This document shows, piece after piece, positions 54,195-64,000 of a stretch of 64,000 nt of DNA. Every line of letters begins with the position of its first letter. Within the stretch, counting starts at the first letter, position 1. Under the pieces are notes generated by a model. It saw only the letters and a list, made by a program, of their open reading frames with translations. It had not been told where the DNA came from and ran no database searches. Position numbers and translations under genes: made by a program. The stretch is from Octopus sinensis (lineage: Eukaryota), in contig NC_043021.1 in assembly GCF_006345805.1 (NCBI RefSeq), positions 26,412,001 through 26,476,000 on the forward strand. The letters run 5' to 3'.

Positions 54195-55888
54195 GGAAAT
54201 AAAAATAAGAAATAGGTGGAAATTTTAACGGTGAGTGTGTTAAATAATAAGGCACAAAAAGAAAATTGATTACTCTCCCCAGACACAACAGATTATTCCA
54301 TTTTTATTGCCCATAGGGTGCTAAACATAGAGGGGACAAACAAGGACAGACGAAGGGATTAAGTGCGTAACTGGTACTTATTTAATCGATCCCGAAAGGA
54401 TGAAAGGCAAAGTTAAATTCGGAACATGGAATTCGTCCGGCGTGCTAGCGACCCTACCAAGGCTCGCCGCCGTCGGGCGAGCCTTGAACGGGCAATGGAG
54501 TAGGGGAGATAACTCTAGATAACTTTACGCCAACTTTATTACCAGAATCCATTTGTTTGTCTTTGTTGAACATTTTCGGGGAATTCTAGGTATTTGGGAC
54601 AAACTATTTCCGTTTATTTTTCAAAATATGCGTTCACTGAAGCAATCGATATACAAAGTGTTCTCTATATTCTGACAGAAACCTGTTTTTTTTTGTCTCT
54701 AGTTTAATGAAGACGAGATCAGAATTTGTCTTATCGACAAAATAAGTGGTAAACACGGACATCATTTATTCGTTTCTGGTGATTTCAAACATCAGCAAAT
54801 AAATTGGTAGAATCGATGACCGAGACGAAAGTTGTTTGACTTCGAATGAACCGTTCTTTTCTGAAGAATGAAAGCCCCCCCCCCCCGCCACCGCTTCAAT
54901 TAGGTTCCGTTGAACCCTGTGGCGTGCGACCAGTTGCTAGGATAAAAGAAAAATTCCCAAAAATCGTTTCAGCTTTAACAGAAACGTTTAAAATAATTAA
55001 ACGAAAGTTCTCCGCTAATTTTCTTTCATGGAAATAAATATTTATATAAATTTCAAACATAGAAAAACAAATTAACCAAAAAAAAAAATTTAAAGGGGAA
55101 TAACTTTTATCGACTTACTCATCAGTCTGTATCTTCTTCCCTCCCCTTAACTATCATTTATATAAATGTTCTCTTTAATGAAACCTTATTGGTGATAACA
55201 TGAAAATTATTTTAAAATGTTAATTTTACCCTACATGCTCTTAAATATCCACTTAGCATAATGCAATGAGCCCCCTCCTCCTTTTGTCACCACTAAATAC
55301 ACGGGTTGATTTACTTATTCGTTTACATCTATTATTTATTGACTGATCAATTCTGACAGCTTCTGCTTGGGTGTAGGAATGGCTGTGTAGTTGGAAGTTT
55401 GCTTTCCAAGTACATGGTTCTGAGTTCCGTAGCCCCTTGGGCAAGTATCTTCTTCCATAACCTCAGATCGACCAAGGCTATGTGAAGGGATTTGGTCGAC
55501 AGAAACTGGAAGTATCCCTTTAGATTCAATTTTTATATTTTATAGCATTTCGGGGGCTACTTTGGCGTGTGACCCACAACTTGAAGGCCAATTGCTTTAG
55601 GTTACTTTTTAGTTTAATTTGTGGAGGTGCTATTCTGGCGCGTGATCGATGCGCTTGTTTTATTTATTATGTTGTTTATTCTTGGTGTCTTATTATTATT
55701 TACTGAGACATACATTCGCCTCGTGAAAGCATTTCCTATGAACGTCTAAGTGTTTCCGTATTAGCTGAAAGGCGTCCGGCAGCAGTGGTGGAATCGCTAA
55801 ATCCAGTTTTCTACTCATTCGAACGTCATCAGTGGCAAGACTCCAACATCAACCGCTTGCTTAGACAAATCTATCTTCTACTGATATA

Positions 55889-56456
55889 CAGGGTGTCCCT
55901 AAAGGCTGGACACAGGAAATCTCATATGTTGGGGCCAGTTTACTTCCATGAACATGTAACTGGTGAGGCTTTACTCGCCGTGTTGTGAGATCAGTTAATG
56001 CCCCAGCTTGAAAGGCCGGGTAAAGGACTTCCTGAGTTGTTCCAACAGGGTTGGCACCCCTGTCCATTTCGCCACGGTGGTAAGCGTTTAGCTGAATGAC
56101 AATTTCCCTAACTGGACTGGAAGACGTAGTCATGTGGAGTGGTCTCCTCATCCACCAGACTTTTGCCCCCTTGGCTTTTTTTCTGGGGTATGTTAATGGA
56201 GAAAGTGCACTCAATGAAAATCATAAATGATGGCATGAAGAGTGAATCTGCTCAAACTGATGCCAGTTTGCAATCGTTGCATCGGGTCCACGTAAATCCT
56301 GCAAAGCGCATTGACCTTTGCATCCCAAATGGGGGAAATCATTTTGATGATGTTGTTTGTTAATATTCCAAATGAATAAAATGTTGTTGAAAATCTTACG
56401 CGTATTTCTTGAAAATATACATTTTGCCCATGTGTCCAGACTTTAGGGACATCCTG
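55889..56456 (+). mobile_element. Internally deleted Tc1/mariner-superfamily element
   Basis: TA TSD; 26 bp TIRs CAGGGTGTCCCTAAAGGCTGGACACA and TGTGTCCAGACTTTAGGGACATCCTG; remnants WTGRRSHVEWSPHPPD and CIPNGGNHF. Confidence 0.88.
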
Positions 56457-57463
56457 TAGAAAAACAGTGATTAAAAACACCATTGGCATCACAAGTCAAT
56501 ACAAGAAGCTTTCTTGCGACGAATTCGGCAGTTTTGTGGCTTTCTGCGTTATATCCACGTTTAAGTAAGATAAACAGAATGCTATTTGCAATTAATGGTG
56601 ATGCCGTCGCTAAAAGCGAATTCTTTTTTAATCTTTTGAATTAAGACATCCATTGGAGCACAACTGATGGAAATAACAGTAAAATATTGATACCTTTGCA
56701 AACAAAGATTCGTTAATATCGCTATTTAATTAAATTGGATTCACAATTAATTATTGTAATATTAGATCTCTTAAATGGGATTCTCATTTAAATAATTCAC
56801 AATTAGGATCTACGTCTGATTCACGAGAAACTAGGGAAATCCATGGAGTTCCTATAGAGTAATCCTTTTACGAGGCCCAAACAAGCTCATCGTGTATTTT
56901 CTTCATTAAAAACTATACTTTAACTTAAAATGCATGTAACACCACAACTAATAAAAACAATTTATCCAATTTTCCCACTGTACCCGCATTGTCTTTCGCG
57001 TATCATCACATCTATGATACCTGATTGCCTGTTTGTTAATAAAATTTCTATATTGTAACTGTTGCCTGAATTGTGTGTCCCCACAACTTTCTTTAAAACG
57101 CGTAATTTTTAATGAAAATATTCAGATATGACATTTTAGATTTTGCAGAATAACATTATATGATGGGGGAATATTGAAAACCACCCTTTTCTTTTTGCAT
57201 GTTTATTACCCCAATCCGACCAAATTTTAAATGAATATTTTTTATTGCTTTCATGAAAAATTTCCAACTGTATATATACATAAATACATATATATATATG
57301 TACATATATAATTATAATTATGTATATAATTATAGAATATTTTGTACACACACACATATATATATGATCTATCTCATATATATATATATAGATACATATA
57401 TGTATCATATATGTATGTGTATATATATATATATATACACACATACTTACAAATGTCCTTGTG

Positions 57464-57499
<36 letters not shown>

Positions 57500-57529
57500 C
57501 ATATATACATATGTGTATGTATGTATGTA

Positions 57530-57588
<59 letters not shown>

Positions 57589-57686
57589 TTCTAAAGGGCC
57601 AATCAAACAAGTCCATTTCTTTTTAAAGGTGTAGCGTTTGTAAGAGTCTAGATTGAATTGATATATCGGTTCCATTCTAGCAAAAA

Positions 57687-57724
57687 CTGTCTGATGAACG
57701 GCAACGAGAAACTCAGAGTAACAG
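57687..57724 (+). ncRNA. Minimal type-I hammerhead motif
   Basis: ctgt-CTGATGA-a-cg(gcaa)cg-a-GAA-ACTCAGAGT-A-acag. Confidence 0.72.
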
Positions 57725-57764
57725 ATTTTGCTGAATTTTCTGCTGCTTAAAATAAAGTATATAT

Positions 57765-57852
<88 letters not shown>

Positions 57853-57872
57853 CATATATACATATGTGTATG

Positions 57873-57951
<79 letters not shown>

Positions 57952-58034
57952 GGTCCCGGGTTGAGTCGGGGTTAACCACAGTAAATAAGGTACTCAATAC
58001 ATAGCAGAGTAAATTAATTTATTTTATAGAAGGA

Positions 58035-58082
58035 GCTTCTACAGGACTGGAACTGTTTCATTCAAATGAAATCATCAGGAAG

Positions 58083-58083
<1 letters not shown>
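58035..58083 (-). ncRNA. Type-I hammerhead motif with closed stem III
   Basis: gcttc-CTGATGA-t-ttc(attt)gaa-t-GAA-ACAG(ttccagtc)CTGT-A-gaagc. Confidence 0.75.
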
Positions 58084-58149
<66 letters not shown>

Positions 58150-58762
58150 ATATGCACACACATACATACATATGTGTATGTGTATATATATATACATACA
58201 TACACCTATGTAAACAATATACAAGAGAAAGAGAAAGCCACTACATGGTCGCCAGAGCCGTAGAAATAGCAACCAAATCTCCTACAAATTACACTGTTAT
58301 ATAAAAAATAACAGCACCCCACCCGCTAACGCCTAGATGTCAGCTACCCGACTTCACACAAACCTCCATCATACACACCCACTTCTTGACATTACCATCC
58401 ACCCAACTGCTACCCTAATTATACCTCACCCTTACTCTCAAACTCTTCTATATCCTCTAACCCAGCTGTTGACTCGAGCTGCTTTTTGTTTTATTGCTAT
58501 TTTGTGTTTTTACTAACTTTTCTTTATAAACACACAGTTGTGACATAACAGTAACCTTAAAACCAGCACTCATCCAGACATACACGTGAGAGGGTATCTA
58601 TCTTCATATCTATCTGTCTCTCTCTCTCTCTCTCTCTGTATCTATCTATCTCACTCACTCACTCGCTCTCTCTCTCTCTCTCTCTCTATCTCACTCACTC
58701 ACTCACTATCTATCTACCTACCTAGTCTATCTATCTATCTATCTATCTATCTACCTACCTAG

Positions 58763-58829
<67 letters not shown>

Positions 58830-59065
58830 ATCTTTCTATCTTTTCTCTCTATATAGCTATTCATCTCTCTCTCTACCTCTCTATCCATCTCTCTCTCCTT
58901 CTCTTTCTCCTTTTCTCTCTCTTTCTCTATATATATCAACATCAGTATAAACAGAGTGGACATAAAATATAAATTATGCAACGACGTGAAACTACATTAA
59001 AATTTTAATTAATTAAAATTAATTAGTGTAAGAAGACATCCGTATATGTAGAGAGTTGCTTGCAT

Positions 59066-59445
59066 AGGTGCAGGAGACGTGGCTGCGTGGTAAGAAGTTT
59101 GCTGCCCAACCACATGGTTCAGAGTTCAGTCCCACTGTATGGCACCTTCAGCGAGTGTCTTCTAGAATAACTCAGGGCCAACCAAAGTCTTGTGAGTGGA
59201 TTTGGTAGATGGAAACTGAAAGAAGCCTGTTGTATGTATCTGTGTGTGCCTGTCTCTGTGTTTGTTTCTCACCACTGTGTGACGACTGGTGTTGGTTTGT
59301 TTATGTCCCTGTAACTTAGCAGATCGACAAAAGAGAATGATAGGCTTGAAAAATAAAGTAATTACTAGGGATTGATATTTCTTTGACTAAACCCTTCAAG
59401 GTGGTGCCCCAGCATGGCCACAGTCCAATGAGTGAAACAAGATAA
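59066..59445 (+). mobile_element. SINE family A
   Basis: Full-length head-to-tail homology. Confidence 0.87.
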
Positions 59446-60376
59446 ATGATATTAGTGCATATACATACATAAACACATCTCTCTCCTGCTGCCTGTCTAT
59501 ATCTGTATATTACACACTAGCCTCATACTATCACATCTCTTCCTCTTTATATAAACGTGTGTGTGTGTGTGTGGTGTGTGCCACAAAGCCTCCCAAAGCT
59601 AGACATTGATAGCTAAGCATTATCTAAGCCTAATTCGATTTTATATGAAGAAAACCAAACACTACCAAAGAAAGTGATTGCCACAAACTGAATCTACAAA
59701 CACTTTCCACTTTACAAGAACGAAGGACAACTTATAATAACAAGACTAAGGTACAGGAAATTCACAATCAAGCACAACGTATGTGCATTCCCATCATCAG
59801 CTGCCAAACTGCTATCACTGTGGTTTTGACACTTGGGCAGTGCCATTCAATCTGGTCGGTGTCAACAGCATCAAGAATATACTATAAAAGCTGCCTGGGA
59901 ATTCACCAGAAACAACATCAGACAAAACTAACAGTGGTGACTTATAGCTACAAAATAATACTTATGGCAAAAAGGAGATTCAGTCAATGCAACAAGCATA
60001 GATTACAAGTTACTCGGTTACTCAACCAACATCATATCCAAAACAAGCCTTGAAAAGGTCAGTGGAACAGTAAACAGCATCCTTGAACAATGTACAAGGA
60101 AAAGGACTTGCTTAGATGAATATTTATAAAACAAGTTCATCATTGTTATTATTATCAGCATTTAATGTCTGCTTTCCATGCTGGCATGGATTGGACAGTT
60201 TGACAGGAGCTGGCCAGGCGGAATTCTGCACCAAGCTTTGGTGTCTGTTTTGGCAGGTTTTTACGGCTGGATGCCCTTCTTAACACCAACCACCCCACAG
60301 AGTGGACGATACTATAAAAGTTCAATGCTATAAAATATAGTTACCAAATAAATTGTTTATTAAAAGTAAAACAATA

Positions 60377-60422
<46 letters not shown>

Positions 60423-60440
60423 GATATATATATATATATA

Positions 60441-60675
60441 CCGGAGTAAGCACATGAATGTGAAACAAGGTGGGGGAAAAATAGTACTCGAATACCGGAG
60501 GTAGAGTAATATGCTTTATTAAAAAAGCTGCAAAAACATCACAAAAAATCTCAAAAAGCTGCTACTCAGAGCTTCATGTTCCTGCTCATTGGGCAGTGGT
60601 GATTCTGAATCACCACTGCCTGATGAATGTGAAACTCTGAGTAGCAGTTTTTTGTGATGTTTTTGGAACTTTAAT
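60441..60675. mobile_element. Penelope-like insert with inverted arms
   Basis: Centre gcagtggtgattc-t-gaatcaccactgc; same family as 38865-39050. Confidence 0.75.
60615..60648 (+). ncRNA. Minimal type-I hammerhead motif
   Basis: actgc-CTGATGA-atgt-GAA-ACTCTGAGT-A-gcagt. Confidence 0.75.
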
Positions 60676-60837
60676 ATGATGATGATGATTATTTAATGTC
60701 CAACCCAGACCAACATGGAAACCAGACATTAAATGATAATGATATATACATACATATATGTATGTATATCTATGTATATACATACATATATGTATGTATA
60801 TATATGTATATACATACATATATACATACATACATAC

Positions 60838-60883
<46 letters not shown>

Positions 60884-61854
60884 TATACACACACACACAC
60901 ACAATGAGCTTCTTTCATCTACAATTCACTAATAAGGCTTTGGTCAGCCTGGAACAATAGTATAAGATAATTGCTCAAGGTGCCACACAGTGGGACTGAA
61001 CCTGAAGCCATGTGTTGTTAAGCAAGCTCCTCAACCACACAACCACACCTGCACCATGTTCTTGTATTTTCTTGAGAATCAACCAAAAGCCAAATTCTAC
61101 TCTCTTTGTATCTCTTTTTGTGCTCCTCACTCAACCAAAACTCATAACCCCCAAATAGGTCCCTTCCCATGCCACCATACAGTTAGGACAGAGAATTCTG
61201 TGTACAATACTAAAAGGGAAGCATCTACCATTTCTACAATGCAGTACCTCTCAGTGGGTCTGAACCTGAAGCCACATATTTGCCACCCCACAGCTAAGCC
61301 TGTACATGGCTGTGACATTAAGTGGATGAGAGATAAATGCTATCCTTTGATAGGAAGGCAATCAATCTCTGGTAACCTTTCTGCTGAACTTGTCATGTAC
61401 AGAGTGCAACTGCAGTTTATAGAAGTGAATTTTAACAGCAAAAGTGCTGTATCTATTTACAGTTAGACATGGAATCATTCTCCACAAACACAATTCTTTG
61501 ATCGTAACAAGATACACATAACTGATCTGTCAGTATGTAAAAATGGTCTTCTGCACTTTATTTTGTTGCTCAGCAGCATTCAGTTGTCAGACGAAATGAA
61601 GGAAGAAGAGTTTTGAGTTGAAATCTTACTGAAGCCGACTCTCATCACCTCCTCAGCCATTATTAAGTCATGAAGAAATGTGTTACAGTTAGACTTTTGC
61701 TATCGACCTGCCTGTGACAACCTCTGCTTCTATCATACAACATCCTTGTCTTAAAGTGACTGAAATCAAAGCCTTTCATCAAAATTCCATGTTAATTTCT
61801 GTTCCAAACACCATTTGAAGAACAACAATGCTATTCTATTTATTTCTTTGTTGT

Positions 61855-62040
61855 GTCTGGGGAGAGTCATTCTCTTTTAGTGCCTTATTATTCAACACAC
61901 TCTCCAGTAAAATTTCCACTTATTTCTTATTTTTATTTTCCTAAGATAATTTAGGAAAATAAAAATAAGAAATAAGTGGAAATTTTACCAGTGAGTGTGT
62001 TGAATAATAAGGCACTAAAAGAGAATGACTCTCCCCAGGC
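61855..62040. repeat. Inverted repeat, ~90 bp arms
   Basis: 61855-61944 pairs with 61951-62040 with few mismatches. It sits inside a piggyBac-like MITE remnant ending ...caaaaggg|TTAA at 62180. Confidence 0.92.
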
Positions 62041-62332
62041 AACAGAATATGTTTCAACACACGAACTCACATAAAGAATCTTGCAAACCAAATCCAAAAA
62101 CGAAATTTGTTTCTTTATTATTTTCAAAATTCATACAAACAAAGGTGATGTGTTTCAACCGAAATATGGTAACAAAAGGGTTAAAGTGATCTTGGACATG
62201 GTAGCTGTTTAAAGAATGTGTTATTCAAATTTTGAACATTGTTATGAACTCCTGTAGCAGTGGGGAAATACCCCCAACTGAAAGTATGACTTGTACTAGG
62301 GTGGGAAAACTAAATAGGAGATCCTGCTGTGG

Positions 62333-62620
62333 ATGATGATGATGATGATGTTGATGACGATAATGATGACAATGATAATGATGAATGATGATGATGAAGC
62401 TGATGGTAAGGACAATGATAATAACAAGGACAATGATGATGATTATGACAATGATAATGATAATGACGATGATGATAACGATGACGATAGTAATAATGAT
62501 AATAACGACAAATACAATGACGATGATGATGATGGCAATAATGATAATGATGACGATGATGATGATGATGATGATGATGGTGACATCTCTGACAATGGTA
62601 ACGATGATAATGGCAATTGT
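62333..62620. repeat. Degenerate (GAT/AAT/GAC)n trinucleotide tract
   Basis: Direct inspection. Confidence 0.93.
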
Positions 62621-63146
62621 GACATAAGTTCTAAGGAAAAGTTTCTTGTATTCTAAGTAACTTTACTTTGCATTGTTTGACCTTTTACACAATTTCACAA
62701 TCTCACACACACACACACAGAGAAAAAAGAAAATTCTAAAAAACAGCCAGTCTTTTTTTTTTTTAGTTTTTCACTTTTCTCTCTGACGTGTGCATGTGTG
62801 TGTGTGTGTGACCCATCTGTTTTTGACCTTTTATATCTGAGAGACATGAAATTAATACAATTTTTTTGTTTGTTTTTAAAATTCTGGGAATCCAAGACTT
62901 AACTGGCAGCAACTGTCTCCTGCGACACATCAGTCCTGTATTGCTGGGTGCCGGACAAAAGAGGGCAGCCAGAAAGAGAGAAAGTCAGGAAAGAAAGATT
63001 GAAGTTTCCTTGGTTGAAATAACAGCCCTGATCTTAAAAATTTGGTTTACCCTTACCCCACATAGCATAATGAATTGGAGCAGTTCGCCTTTAGAGCCTA
63101 GCTTTTCTACAGTTGTCCTGGACAGTTTATAAACTTCAGTACTATA

Positions 63147-64000
63147 TGAGGTGGTGTCAAAAAAGTTCCTGGATGAGTTATGCTCAATAAAAAATAACTT
63201 ATTTACCTAAGTTTTAACATCATTTCCTTTGGAATAGTCATCTTGCACAGCAATACTCTGGTCCCAGTGTTCCTGCCACTTTTGGAACCTGGTGTGAAAG
63301 TTGTTTTCTGTAAATGACTCAAAGACCTTCTGTGATTCATTCCTGATCTCAACAACGGTACTAAAGCTGACCACTGAGCTGCATTTTTATCTTGAGGAAG
63401 AGATGGAAGTCCACAGGTGCTAAATCTGGCAAATAAGGGTGGCTGCAGAAGCAATACCCTATTGTTTTTGGTGAGAAACTCACGAGTGAGGAGAGCTCCG
63501 TGATAGGGTCTGTTGTTGTTGTGAAGAATCTAATTCTTTGTGCTCCACAGATTCAGTCGTTTTCTCTGAATGTCTTTCCTCGATTGCTTCAAAATGTCAC
63601 AGTAGAACTCTTGATTGATGGTCTGGCCCTGGGGGATGATTCTTGATGCACAATACCATTGATACCGAAAGAGCGATGAGCATGCTCTTGGTTGAGCTGT
63701 GACTCTGTTGTGCATCCGTGCCACTCGAAATATTGCACATGACCCATTACCTTGTCACTGTAAGCTTGCTCAATGTCTCTGCAGCAGGCATCCCAAGTTT
63801 AATGCAAAATTTCATGTTGGCTTTTTGTTCCTGTCCATGACTAAATTGCAGACTACAACATACCTGTGATCACAAAAACACAAATTTCACCACCTGCAAA
63901 GTAAACACAGCAACGTCACCCAACACACGGCTTCATGAAGGTCACTGCTGGCTCCCACTGCATACACAACCATGTGCTGCCATCTGTTGGTGTGCTGCAG
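63147..64000 (-). mobile_element. Decayed mariner transposon
   Basis: IPQGQTINQEFYCDILKQ..IQRKR..LW and LLQPP..PDLAPVDFHLF; terminus TA|tgaggtggtgtcaaaaaagtt. Confidence 0.85.

Noticed and set aside
62333-62656. Asp/Asn-rich or Met-rich ORFs
   Set aside because: A degenerate trinucleotide repeat open in several frames, with no splice or domain evidence.

Overview
This is an AT-rich, repeat-dominated animal window. The SINE families, (TA)/(TACA) microsatellite load and LINE set point to an Octopus/coleoid cephalopod genome, which is an inference from sequence alone. I can support no intact host protein-coding gene. Most ORFs in the track are microsatellite artefacts, and the rest are decayed transposon ORFs (RTE, HERO, R4/Dong, CR1, hAT, Tc1/mariner). 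A CpG-retaining region with a strong minus-strand splice donor (37551-38200) is a candidate promoter/first exon. The main hidden signal is about a dozen minimal type-I hammerhead ribozyme (HHR) motifs, read by eye, in short Penelope-like inserts. These inserts often form long hairpins, and some cores carry substitutions (U3-A8, A6U, U4C). One HHR lies inside a tRNA-headed SINE-like element (41722-42554) that has been split by an R4/Dong LINE. Coordinates of degraded repeats are approximate.
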